Shown here: piece after piece, positions 1 to 9,431 of the stretch
Layout: every line of letters starts with the position of its first letter
Numbering within the stretch: position 1 is the first letter of the stretch
Position numbers and translations under genes: made by a program
From: a virus
Lineage: Duplodnaviria > Caudoviricetes
Length of the DNA stretch: 33,401 bases
Reading direction: 5' to 3' (one strand)
Virus record (IMG/VR): IMGVR_UViG_3300032304_000486
Location: 1 to 33,401 of that record
The notes under the pieces: generated by a model
Databases searched by the model: none
What the model was told of the DNA's origin: nothing
What the model saw: only the letters and a program-made list of their open reading frames with translations

Positions 1-1463
1 CCTGTAATCCGCATGACGGTATCTGAAATGCGACGCGTGATTTCAGGGCCAGTCATATCACCTACAAAACGTGCCTGGGCAGTCGCAACACTTGTCCAGT
101 TTTCAGCGATCAATCCCAGGCGCGATGCCAGGCGTCCTTTTTCATCAATGTTCAGCGGCACCAGGTTATCCATTACGCGCTTGATAACGTCAGATGCGGG
201 TATTCCCGATGCTTTAGCGGCAATGCGCTGGAAGTTTAAGTCAGTCAATGCAGATACCGCGGCCGCGCCAAGTTGCGCCGATTGTAGTATTTGACGCAAG
301 CCGGCAAAGCCCCTGGCTACCGTGCCATCGACTGGCGATGCAGTTGATCCATTTAGGATCGCGTACATCGAATCAAACATTCCCATTTGAGAATTGGCCT
401 TATCGACCATTTTTCCTTCGGGATTATTTGCTTCTTTAATCTTGGCGTCTTGCATGACGGTTTGATGGATATAGCGAATAGTCGCATTAGGATTAGGCCC
501 TAGTATCTCCATCATGGATATATCCCGTGACATTCCTTCCAGGTGATTAACCATGGTGACGAACGGTTCAGGGTTTCCAAATTTCTCCTGGTACTCCAGC
601 CAGGCATCAGCATTCTTAAATGATAAGAATCGATGATCCTGGTTACGGCCAGCCAGGGACCGGCCACCACCAGCTCCGGACGGTTTAACCTTATTCCATC
701 CTTCCGTCGCAATAGAATCAAAGACTTGTGCCAGGGCCAGCTCTAATCTTTCGGGCGTAAACTTTAGGCCGCTACGCTCATCGATCATCTTTTCGGGATC
801 TAAACGCTCGCGAATAAAGTTTGTCCACTCTTCGCGTCCAGCCTTGCGTACAAGCATCGAATCATGGATCTGAGGCATACCCCAATCCTTACGATTTGGA
901 ATGGCACCACCGGCCGCATTAAAGCGCTGGCGGGCATAATCGGCCGCAGTTGACCAGGACTGTGCTAATTCTTTTGCGGCGGCCGATCCGGTATCTTCTC
1001 CGAATACTTCGCGCACCAGGTCCTTGGCCATGGCTTTATTGCCCAAGCTACCAGTTGCGCCGCGACGTCTAAAGGTTGCCAGGACGTCATCCATCTTAGA
1101 ATAGATTTGACCGAGTACGGCTTTGCGCCTGGCTTCCACGTTGGAATACTTGGCAAACTCATCTCGATCTAGTAGTGCCTGGGCCGCTTTACCCAAGCTT
1201 TCGCCATTGGCGTACTGGTTTAAATCAAAACTAATCTTTTGCCAGTTGCGGATCTGCAACATTTTGACGCGCTTGCTTTCAATTGCTTCTTTTTGCAATG
1301 CGTCAAACGTATCCTTGGCGGCTTGATTGCTGGCCTGTTCAGGACCCATCTTCGTCGCGTACTCTGCCTCTAGCTCATCGAATAGGCCACGGGCTTTTGC
1401 CGCCTGGTTAGCTGAGATCTTGCCTTCGTTCTCGCCGTTATCAATACATTCTCTAAAGCTCAT
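1..1463 (-). CDS. large internal virion (ejection) protein, runs off the left end of the window
   Basis: Not in the ORF track because it has no stop. ATG at 1461-1463 overlaps the upstream TGA (ATGA coupling). Manual translation MSFRECIDNGENEGKISANQAAKARGLFDELE...QRFNAAGGAIPNRKDWGMPQIHD...DHRFLSFKNADAWLEYQEKFG...EILGPNP stays open to base 1. It lies after the tail tube and other internal virion genes. Confidence 0.85.
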   Translation of the reverse strand, partial: MSFRECIDNGENEGKISANQAAKARGLFDELEAEYATKMGPEQASNQAAKDTFDALQKEAIESKRVKMLQIRNWQKISFDLNQYANGESLGKAAQALLDRDEFAKYSNVEARRKAVLGQIYSKMDDVLATFRRRGATGSLGNKAMAKDLVREVFGEDTGSAAAKELAQSWSTAADYARQRFNAAGGAIPNRKDWGMPQIHDSMLVRKAGREEWTNFIRERLDPEKMIDERSGLKFTPERLELALAQVFDSIATEGWNKVKPSGAGGGRSLAGRNQDHRFLSFKNADAWLEYQEKFGNPEPFVTMVNHLEGMSRDISMMEILGPNPNATIRYIHQTVMQDAKIKEANNPEGKMVDKANSQMGMFDSMYAILNGSTASPVDGTVARGFAGLRQILQSAQLGAAAVSALTDLNFQRIAAKASGIPASDVIKRVMDNLVPLNIDEKGRLASRLGLIAENWTSVATAQARFVGDMTGPEITRRISDTVMRIT

Positions 1464-4400
1464 TTTACGCACCCTATCAAGCGCTCTAACATAGACTTGT
1501 CTTGTTCAAAGTCTGCCAAAATTTCTCTTACAGTTGTCACTTCCGATACTCTTTCACCAGTTTGTGGATCAATTCTTTCCGCTACCGGTATCTCTAAATC
1601 CATTAGATCCTGATTGCGCTTGCCACCAGTACCGATCTGTGCTAATGTTAAGTCAGGAGTGTCCTTTATGAAATCATCTAAAAAAGTAGAATTTCTCGAT
1701 GTTGAAGGTATCCCGGTGACTTTAGGTTCGGTTCCCGGTTTCGCTGGCCTTTGCGCCGCCTGGGATAAATCTTCTCCAAGATCCTTTCCAGCTGATTCAG
1801 CGTTACGTAACGGTGCGCCGATTGATAAGGCCGAGTTCGAGCGATTGAGAATGGTTGCCAGCGCTTCATCGTAAGCCTGTGACATCTCAGCATTGATCTT
1901 CTCGATCTGTGCTTTTTCAGCTTTAGTAGGTTGACGATTCTCACTAGAGATTACGCGCATCAATCCATCACGCACTTCATACGCATCATGATATTTATCT
2001 TTGATTGCCATAAATTCAGGGGTGCTGATTTGCACTTCTGCAATATGGCCATCAATCTCAACGTTCATCTTGATGTCGCGATAACCACCGTCCAAAGCTT
2101 TGATTTGTGGATCGAGTAAATTTCTAAAGCCGCTATCTAATACGTTGTAGGTATTACGCAATTCTTTTAATGCGACACCAGCTTGTTGAAAGTTATCAAC
2201 GACAATAGTTGAGCGCAATAAATCTCTAATTTTGCTGGCATCACCAGCATAGTCAAATAGAATTTTTTCTACTGCACGGCTTGATCCTTTTAGATCTGCG
2301 TCTTTGTATTCGCCATTAACTAGGTTAGCAATCTCGCGATTAACTCTGTCAAAATTTTCTTTTCTGATTGCCGCGTCCTGGTACAAGTTTCGCAATACTT
2401 CCTGATCTTGTGGTGCAAGCTTAATGATGTCATCTTCATTTAATGACTTAGCAACATACTCATCAACGGTAATTGGTTTGCCGCCGCCAGGGATCTCATC
2501 TAGCAATGAGTTTTGCATAAGATCGCCCTGGGCTTTTGCACCAGCTGATCCAGGGCCTTCATCAAAAGTTTTTAGCTCTTCTGTGCCTGGTTCTGCGATT
2601 CGATTGTTTTGCGCCGGAGTTGTGAAATCGCCGCGATCTCCGCCATTTGGTACCCTTTCATAACTCCCGTCCTCAATTGCTCTCCGGACACTTTCGGTAA
2701 ACTCGCGGACGTAAGCTTCAGTTTTGGTTCCGCCCCCGTCTTTCCACGCCTTGGCGATTCGGGTGAGATTGTCTGAGATGGGTCCCCGGACGTTTGCGTT
2801 ATTTTCAATGATAGCGATTGCTTTGCCATAAATAGCCTCTTTTTCTTCGTTAGTCATTTTGGCCAAAGTGTTTCCGGCCTTCTCAATATCAGTTGCGTTT
2901 TTTACTAAGGTCGCAAACAGTTCGCGATCCTTACGCATTTCTTTCATGGCGCGATCAAGTATCTTGGCCCGCTCCAGGAATAAACTTTCTGCAATATCTT
3001 CGTCGCCAAATAATCCGCCTTGTTCAGTTTTTATAAAACCGGCCTCTCTTGCCTGGCGTACGATTTGCTCTGCCTGGATCGCATTTGCTGGTTCCAAGCG
3101 TTTGAGTAATTGAAGAATTGCAAGTTGCTGAGTTTCTTCTGTAATGTATCGGCCAACAATTGCGCCATAGTGTGGCGGCACTACATCATTAACGACTGCG
3201 TTAAATGCTTTAGGACCAAGTGTCGAAAGTTCATTCGCTTGCTTTACAAACTGCGAACGTGGCGGCAATGACTTAATTAGTTCAGGCGCGTCTCTTAGTA
3301 TCTTGGCCGCATCGACCAGGGTGCCAGTACCTTCTGCCAGGTTTTTTCCAGCGGCCGATGCCCTGGCATACGCTGGAGTTGCACCATCTACTTCGCGAAT
3401 TTTAAAAGCATAAATCTGAATGTCTTGCGTCGGATCTGCTTCTTGCAAGCGTTTTGCTAATGCCAGGCGTTGATGGCCATCAGCAATAAATGTACGGCCA
3501 TCTGCAAATTCATAAACGATTGCCGTATTTGCTTTGACCGGATCCCACTTGCTGATGTCTTTTAATCTTTCTGTAACGCCCAGGACATCGCCACCAGCTT
3601 TAAACTGAAATAGCTCTGCATTGACCAAGAGATCTTTTGGCTTGTACGCAAAAATCTCATTGTTTAAATTGTCATGAAAATAAATATCAGTAGAGCGAAC
3701 AATTGCGCTTTCAGGCGGCGCAGTTGTGATCTTAGTTGAATCGCCATTATTTACGGCGTTGTAGGATTGATCGATGCGGGCATTATGTTCTAAGTTGCCG
3801 GCGTCATCCTTTAAAACATTGCCTTGATTTGTGGTGTCATAAATACCATCCATCTCTTTCATCAGCTTTACATCGGGATCCATCTCATACGGACGACCCT
3901 CTTTAGCGGCCTTGGCTTTGCCTAGCGCCTCAATGCCATTGATGAGTTGATTTTTAGTAAATTGGAATGCGGGTTTTGCACCCATTAAAACGCCGGTGAC
4001 TGCACCAGCTCCAGCGGCGGCCATTCCCACATTAGTAAAAAATGTCTTGTAATCGTACGGAAGATCGAGTTGCTTATACCAGTCTGCGACTTCTGTTTGA
4101 ATGACTGCTTCTGATCCAGCTCCAATAACTGCCTGGCGTAATATTTCTTTTGCTATGTTGCTGGATCCACCACTAACTACCATGGCCGCAAGGTTTGGCG
4201 GATCAGTTATTGATGAAACCGCGCCGCCAATAAACTCTCCAATTAAGCCGGTTGTTGTTTGGCGAGACGCTACATCGACGTTAACGTCTCCGGCTTTAAC
4301 CGCGCTCTTTTTTGCCCTTTCAAATATAACGTCATTATCAAGGTTAATAAGATCAGGAAAGACGTCAGGTTGTTGCTTTACAAAATCCAATATTTGTTTT

Positions 4401-4681
4401 GAAGAATAGTTGTAACCCCTGATTGGCGTATCAGCGGATGCCGCGTAACCACCAAGATAATTGCCTGGGTTAATAAATTTTTTTCCAGTTTTCTGTTGTA
4501 TCTCCTGGACAATTGGATCCCATTGTTCGCGCAAGCTTATGGGGCGAGAATCACTACGATTAAGTCTTAAAGTCGCCTGGTATGCCGCATCATAATTTTC
4601 TAAAAAGCCAGTATCCTCTCCACCACCAAGGGGCTTGAATGGAGTTGCCGTTGGGTTTATTTCGTCAAAAACGAAACTCAT
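1460..4681 (-). CDS. polyvalent internal virion protein with a ParB-like domain and a RelA/SpoT-type nucleotide/pyrophosphate transferase domain
   Basis: 1073 aa, translationally coupled at both ends within the ejection-protein cluster, with Gly/Ala-rich hydrophobic N-terminal segments. ParB-like motif AIVYEFADGRTFIADGHQRLALA at ~3300-3650. RelA/SpoT-like motifs DLKGSSRAVEK / RDLLRSTIV / GYRDIKMNV / AEVQIST / HDAYE at ~1860-2420. Confidence 0.8.
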   Translation of the reverse strand: MSFVFDEINPTATPFKPLGGGEDTGFLENYDAAYQATLRLNRSDSRPISLREQWDPIVQEIQQKTGKKFINPGNYLGGYAASADTPIRGYNYSSKQILDFVKQQPDVFPDLINLDNDVIFERAKKSAVKAGDVNVDVASRQTTTGLIGEFIGGAVSSITDPPNLAAMVVSGGSSNIAKEILRQAVIGAGSEAVIQTEVADWYKQLDLPYDYKTFFTNVGMAAAGAGAVTGVLMGAKPAFQFTKNQLINGIEALGKAKAAKEGRPYEMDPDVKLMKEMDGIYDTTNQGNVLKDDAGNLEHNARIDQSYNAVNNGDSTKITTAPPESAIVRSTDIYFHDNLNNEIFAYKPKDLLVNAELFQFKAGGDVLGVTERLKDISKWDPVKANTAIVYEFADGRTFIADGHQRLALAKRLQEADPTQDIQIYAFKIREVDGATPAYARASAAGKNLAEGTGTLVDAAKILRDAPELIKSLPPRSQFVKQANELSTLGPKAFNAVVNDVVPPHYGAIVGRYITEETQQLAILQLLKRLEPANAIQAEQIVRQAREAGFIKTEQGGLFGDEDIAESLFLERAKILDRAMKEMRKDRELFATLVKNATDIEKAGNTLAKMTNEEKEAIYGKAIAIIENNANVRGPISDNLTRIAKAWKDGGGTKTEAYVREFTESVRRAIEDGSYERVPNGGDRGDFTTPAQNNRIAEPGTEELKTFDEGPGSAGAKAQGDLMQNSLLDEIPGGGKPITVDEYVAKSLNEDDIIKLAPQDQEVLRNLYQDAAIRKENFDRVNREIANLVNGEYKDADLKGSSRAVEKILFDYAGDASKIRDLLRSTIVVDNFQQAGVALKELRNTYNVLDSGFRNLLDPQIKALDGGYRDIKMNVEIDGHIAEVQISTPEFMAIKDKYHDAYEVRDGLMRVISSENRQPTKAEKAQIEKINAEMSQAYDEALATILNRSNSALSIGAPLRNAESAGKDLGEDLSQAAQRPAKPGTEPKVTGIPSTSRNSTFLDDFIKDTPDLTLAQIGTGGKRNQDLMDLEIPVAERIDPQTGERVSEVTTVREILADFEQDKSMLERLIGCVK
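1620..1648 (+). promoter_or_regulatory. sigma70-type promoter for the nested antisense gene
   Basis: TTGCCA (1620-1625), 17 bp, TAATGT (1643-1648) preceded by a TGn extended -10; AGGAG RBS at 1655-1659. Confidence 0.6.
1668..1874 (+). CDS. small antisense nested protein (68 aa), candidate antitoxin/immunity protein for the RelA/SpoT domain
   Basis: AGGAG 8 nt before ATG1668, with a promoter just upstream. Globular-looking sequence MKSSKKVEFLDVEGIPVTLGSVPGFAGLCAAWDKSSPRSFPADSALRNGAPIDKAEFERLRMVASASS ends where the synthetase domain ends on the other strand. Confidence 0.6.
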   Translation: MKSSKKVEFLDVEGIPVTLGSVPGFAGLCAAWDKSSPRSFPADSALRNGAPIDKAEFERLRMVASASS

Positions 4682-6936
4682 TTGATACCTTCTCTTTGTT
4701 TAACGCGTTCAGCAAGATCCCTAAAGTTAACTGTCAGGGCGGATCTATCCTTGATCGTAAATGCTAATGGACTTGTCTTGCCGCGATAATCCTCGTAATA
4801 CCATACGGCGCGATCTGCATCGATAAATGCGGGATAACCTTTACGTAAGCGTTCAATAGTAAACTTTCTGCCCTGGTCATCTTCGGGTAAACCATTGGAG
4901 ACGGCGGCAAAATCATCATACGTTGCGCGCTTAATGATGTCTTTAAAACTGTCCTGGGCGACGTTGCCTGGAATTGGAATGCGTGTACCTTGATATTCGA
5001 TGATGCCGCCGTAGGCCTTTCCATTTTTAGCGATTGTCATTCCGGATGCTTCCTGGAATGCTTGCTTATACATATCATCATCAAAAGTTGATTTGCCAGC
5101 TCTGATTGCGCGCTCGTTATAAATATTGTCAGCCGTTGTAATAATTGCGGCGCGTGTTTTTGGCGCAAAAGAGTAAGCGCTACCAAGTAGATCGGCAGTA
5201 ACACTCTTTTTGATTGATGCGTCACCTGAACCCTCAAACGGTTTATTGCCAGCTTGGGCTTGCTTCATGCCATTAAGGGCATCAAAAACTGTTTGCTTAT
5301 TTGCGCCTGAAAGAATCAGCCCGCCAGCATGAGCAAACTCAGGGGCAAACTTTGAGATTTCGCCCATGGCATTTCTTGATTCTTTTCCAAATCCTTGATT
5401 CATTACGGCAAGCAAAGATATCTGCTGGTCCGTACTGGCAGTTTGCAAAAATGTAGTTAATGCGCCAGCTTCGTCCTGGGAGAAATACTTTGGCGCTATG
5501 CTCATATTGGCCGCAAAAGTTTTAGATTGCGTAATGCGCTCACTAATTTGCTTTGTTAAATCTATCGGAGCCGCCGCAAAATTAAGTGTTTTAACTTCGG
5601 TAAATCCAGTTTGATTCATGTAGCTAACTGGATCTTTTTCCAGCATTGCAGTTTTGTTGCTTAATGATTTTTGCGCTACATCGATCAGCATTGCTTGTTC
5701 AAGAGTTGCTCCACCAGTTGTTTTTGACTGTGCATCGCGAACCCAGTCTCCCAGTTGAATGGGCGACATCTTATTAAAGGCAATAGAATTTTGACGCAAT
5801 ACACTTAAATAATTAACCTGGCGCATTGTGGGATCATTTGCCGGTAATCCTAGTTGACGGGCGCGATTTTGTATTTCGTTTACTACGCCCTCACTTGGCA
5901 CCTGGCCAAGAGTGATGATACGTAATGATTCGCTTACATCCGTCTTTAACTCTGTACGCAACGCTCTAAATTGTGCGTCCCTGGCACGTAGATCCGCCTC
6001 GATCTCATTGACCAGGGCGCCCATTCTGTTGACATCAATGCCGCGGGTAACGCGATTTTGTTTTAATGGACTGCCTTCTTTATCGTATAGCTCGCCAATA
6101 GGACCGCGGCCCAGGTCAGCTTGGACTTCTTTTAAGAATGCGGCTTTGTTTGGCGCTCTCTCATATTCTTTTCTAAAGCGCGCCATGTGAGCTTGCTCTG
6201 TGACGCTTTGCATTTGACGCTCTACTTCTACCGGACCAAATCCGCCGGCAATAGCAAATTGCTTAATAGATTGCAATTCTTGAAATAGGATCTGTTCTGC
6301 ATTGGCTATTCCGCTAGGAAAAATTCTTATAGCGTCTTGACTACGTTGTTCTAATCCAGCCAGGGTTGTTGCTTTTAATTGTTGTGCGACACGATCGTTA
6401 TGCTTTTCTGAAATTTCCAGGAATGCAACGTTTTTCATGCGATCTAAATCGCCCCCAACACGGCCACGCAATCTAGGGTCAAGCAATCCTGTTAATGATT
6501 CCAGGCCATCGCGTACGTCAGATGCTTCTGATAAGAATTGAATTGGATCAGAATTTGGATCGTTCTTAAAGGTATTAAGTTTTTCGCTTAAAAGACGACG
6601 ACCATCATTTTGTAATTGCAATGCGACTAATTCATTGGCTTGCTCGTATGCCGCCTTATCAAAAGCAGAGCGAGGCATTCCACTTTCTTTTGTAGCTTTC
6701 AATACTTGTTGCGCTTTTTCTGCCGTATCTACTGAGGCGCGACCTTTTTCCTCGGCTTGTTCCATACCAATCTTGCCGGCATATTCAATTACTGCATTAA
6801 GCGAGCGTTGTTGCGCTTCAGCCAAGTTACGGCTTTCTCGCATGATCGGACCATAATCGACGCCAGGCATTTGAGCCGGCCTAAATGGGTCAACGGAAAC
6901 GCCCGTTGATTGATATCTTGGAAGTCTGTCTGCCAT
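4678..6936 (-). CDS. internal virion (ejection) protein
   Basis: 752 aa, helical A/Q/E/K-rich, N-terminus MADRLPRYQ; positioned between the small ejection protein and the polyvalent protein. Confidence 0.7.
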   Translation of the reverse strand: MADRLPRYQSTGVSVDPFRPAQMPGVDYGPIMRESRNLAEAQQRSLNAVIEYAGKIGMEQAEEKGRASVDTAEKAQQVLKATKESGMPRSAFDKAAYEQANELVALQLQNDGRRLLSEKLNTFKNDPNSDPIQFLSEASDVRDGLESLTGLLDPRLRGRVGGDLDRMKNVAFLEISEKHNDRVAQQLKATTLAGLEQRSQDAIRIFPSGIANAEQILFQELQSIKQFAIAGGFGPVEVERQMQSVTEQAHMARFRKEYERAPNKAAFLKEVQADLGRGPIGELYDKEGSPLKQNRVTRGIDVNRMGALVNEIEADLRARDAQFRALRTELKTDVSESLRIITLGQVPSEGVVNEIQNRARQLGLPANDPTMRQVNYLSVLRQNSIAFNKMSPIQLGDWVRDAQSKTTGGATLEQAMLIDVAQKSLSNKTAMLEKDPVSYMNQTGFTEVKTLNFAAAPIDLTKQISERITQSKTFAANMSIAPKYFSQDEAGALTTFLQTASTDQQISLLAVMNQGFGKESRNAMGEISKFAPEFAHAGGLILSGANKQTVFDALNGMKQAQAGNKPFEGSGDASIKKSVTADLLGSAYSFAPKTRAAIITTADNIYNERAIRAGKSTFDDDMYKQAFQEASGMTIAKNGKAYGGIIEYQGTRIPIPGNVAQDSFKDIIKRATYDDFAAVSNGLPEDDQGRKFTIERLRKGYPAFIDADRAVWYYEDYRGKTSPLAFTIKDRSALTVNFRDLAERVKQREGIK

Positions 6937-6945
6937 GATTATCCT

Positions 6946-7449
6946 TTATCCGGTCCTGGAATATAACATTCCAGCCTGGCCAACCGTGCCGATTGCCTGG
7001 TACATACCAGCTTGTTTTGCCGCCGCTCCTGATGCGCGCAAAATGTCTGCGTTTGCCGCTCCGGAATACCTATAAACGTTTGCCTGGAATCCAGCAGATG
7101 AAGATGCTAGTTTTGCATTTTCCTGGGATAGATCAAAATCGGTATAACCTTCGCGTAATGCGTAAGTTTGTAATGATCCAGCTGATCCACTAAATGGATC
7201 AATTGCACCGGCACCGGATCTTGCTCTTACAGTTGAAAGAGTGCGATTGATGTTTGTAAGTGTTTTTACGCCTTCTTGGCGAGCGCGAATTGCTTCGGTA
7301 CGTCCTTGCATTTCAGCTTGTTGAGCTTGAAAATTTGCCTGTATCTTAGCTTGTTCAGCCTGGGCGTTATAAATTTTTTGCTGGGTTTGACCCTGTTGAT
7401 ATTGCCCGTAGGCGGATACCAGCATTGCGGCGACTGCGACGGCGGCCAT
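6946..7449 (-). CDS. small internal virion protein (T7 gp14-like position)
   Basis: 167 aa, Ala/Gln/Gly-rich with hydrophobic ends, immediately downstream of tail tube B. Confidence 0.7.
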   Translation of the reverse strand: MAAVAVAAMLVSAYGQYQQGQTQQKIYNAQAEQAKIQANFQAQQAEMQGRTEAIRARQEGVKTLTNINRTLSTVRARSGAGAIDPFSGSAGSLQTYALREGYTDFDLSQENAKLASSSAGFQANVYRYSGAANADILRASGAAAKQAGMYQAIGTVGQAGMLYSRTG

Positions 7450-7451
7450 AA

Positions 7452-9431
7452 TTATTGTCCTATCGAAACTTTAAATTCCATGTTGAGCAAATTAAACTTT
7501 AACGGTTCGCCTTGCGTTACCGTTATTGTTCCCTCTTTATCAAAACCTAGCAATGGTCCAGCCTTCTTAACACCAGTAAATTCCTGGATTGGAGTATCCA
7601 AAACGCTTGCACCAAATTGTCTAAACTGAATTGGATTGTCGTTAATTGTCATTGACTGGGTTTTAAAAACGTCGGCGTTAATCTCCATCATGCGCTTTTT
7701 AAATCCACGAATATTGCCGGATGCCATCTTTGCTTCGACTGGCATTGTCTTTAGGTTAATGTTGTAATTCAAACCCACTTGCCAGGAAGATGCCGCCGCA
7801 GTCGAAAAGGTTACTGTTCCGCCGCCTGGTACTGTCTTATCAGCTTCCAGGATGCCGTCTCGCAATACTTTAACTGTCTTGCCTACTAGGTGAGCCATTG
7901 ATGCTGATGCGGCCCCGGAGCTGGCGTACTTAGCACAATCCATAGTTAGATCGCGATTAAACACTTCAACGTAATAAGCAGTTGCACCGTTAACTGTTCT
8001 GGCAACAATAACGTAAACCGTATTTACGTCAACGGCTACGGCTTTAAATAGGCCGTCTGTTATCAATTCAGATGGAGCGATAACGCTCTGTGATCTAAGT
8101 AATGAGATATTCATAATCGTGCCGTCATCACCGTTAACCACGAATAATCGATCTGTATCGTCGGTTGATGTTGCGCGATTAAGAGCCATGTCCACCGGGT
8201 TTTTAACCAGGTGTCCTGATAACAATGTCACGTTGTTGGCAATATACGTTGCCTCAGTATCCGTAAACAATAGCTCATTAACTGATTTGCCCTGGCGTTG
8301 TAAGAATAGGGTTCCTGAATCCAGGCCAATAACCGGAAAATTATTCTTTGCGCCAATCTTGGTTGATGTACGAATAATAAAGTTAGTCGGTGTAATTGGC
8401 TCTAAGGTTGCCTGGGGGACGTAAAACTCGCCGCCAATACTAAAGATCTGCAAGTCACGGCCTGAATAAATATCGGTAATCGTATTCAATTGTGACGTAT
8501 CAATTGTCGCCTCTACGGCCTCATCGTCCAATCCTTCGCCATATTGGAAGTTAAAGAAATCAGAGACGCGCGATCCCCAAACCGTAGTCGGCCTGGACTT
8601 GGCACCAGCAAAGAATAAACGTCCTTCGTGGAAAGTTACTGCCCTGGGCCATCCACGGCCAGCGCTCCAGGAAGGTTCGTATCCGCGCTCAATTTCCCAA
8701 CTGCCCTGGGCAATGTTGCTAGTATCAAAAAATGGAATCTCGACAATAGCTTTGACGCTTGAATTTGTTTTGTATTCAACAATTTTTGCTCGGCCCTGGG
8801 GTTCGGCATTGATATATTGGCCAACGTCAGTAGATGAAAACGCAGAATGTTGCGACGTCAGAGTAACATTGCCGCTTGTTGCCGATGGTGTTAGATGGCC
8901 AGCGCTTGGAGTTGATACTGTCAACGTATAAGCATAGGACGGAATCTCATCAAAAGTAATTGTTGAGACGGTCCAGCTGGCATCGGTTCCGCCGCGAACA
9001 AATTTAATTGGAGCAAGATCTTCTTGAACGAAAATAATCGTATCAGCTGATTGCGTAACTTTTAATCCTGGAATGATTGCGGCAGTAAACGCGGCAACGG
9101 CCAGGTAACTATTGCCTGATCCGTTGATATTAGTAATCAGGGCTTTATTCTTATAAATGTAAACGCGCCCAGGTACGATCGCAAACATATAAGAATCATT
9201 AACGTTAAATTGGAATGGCACTAAACGGACTGCTTGGCTTGCCAGGTTAGCTGGCAAAGTGTCAATATATTGCAATCCTTCACGACGACGTGCGCCGCCC
9301 TGGGGTTGAATTACTACATTTGTAGCTTTTTGTAATGCGTTGTAATACTGGTTTAAATCAATACGGCCGCGCAGTAGCGGGTCCAATTCTCCCACTACAA
9401 AATTGGTTTGAATTAAAACTGAACGTGGCAT
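7452..9431 (-). CDS. tail tubular protein B / nozzle
   Basis: 659 aa; QTNFVVGELDPLLRGRIDL..Y, PQGGARRREG, WPRAVTFHEGRLFFAG and WGSRVSDFFNF motifs typical of podovirus nozzle proteins. Confidence 0.88.
   Translation of the reverse strand: MPRSVLIQTNFVVGELDPLLRGRIDLNQYYNALQKATNVVIQPQGGARRREGLQYIDTLPANLASQAVRLVPFQFNVNDSYMFAIVPGRVYIYKNKALITNINGSGNSYLAVAAFTAAIIPGLKVTQSADTIIFVQEDLAPIKFVRGGTDASWTVSTITFDEIPSYAYTLTVSTPSAGHLTPSATSGNVTLTSQHSAFSSTDVGQYINAEPQGRAKIVEYKTNSSVKAIVEIPFFDTSNIAQGSWEIERGYEPSWSAGRGWPRAVTFHEGRLFFAGAKSRPTTVWGSRVSDFFNFQYGEGLDDEAVEATIDTSQLNTITDIYSGRDLQIFSIGGEFYVPQATLEPITPTNFIIRTSTKIGAKNNFPVIGLDSGTLFLQRQGKSVNELLFTDTEATYIANNVTLLSGHLVKNPVDMALNRATSTDDTDRLFVVNGDDGTIMNISLLRSQSVIAPSELITDGLFKAVAVDVNTVYVIVARTVNGATAYYVEVFNRDLTMDCAKYASSGAASASMAHLVGKTVKVLRDGILEADKTVPGGGTVTFSTAAASSWQVGLNYNINLKTMPVEAKMASGNIRGFKKRMMEINADVFKTQSMTINDNPIQFRQFGASVLDTPIQEFTGVKKAGPLLGFDKEGTITVTQGEPLKFNLLNMEFKVSIGQ

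Noticed and set aside
13-1326. Short ORFs listed in the track at the left end
   Set aside because: They are shadows or alternative frames of the uninterrupted minus-strand gene starting at 1463.
2424-4409. Other + strand ORFs inside the 1073-aa gene (2424, 2859, 4101)
   Set aside because: They have Ser-rich antisense-shadow composition and I saw no promoter plus RBS, unlike 1668-1874.
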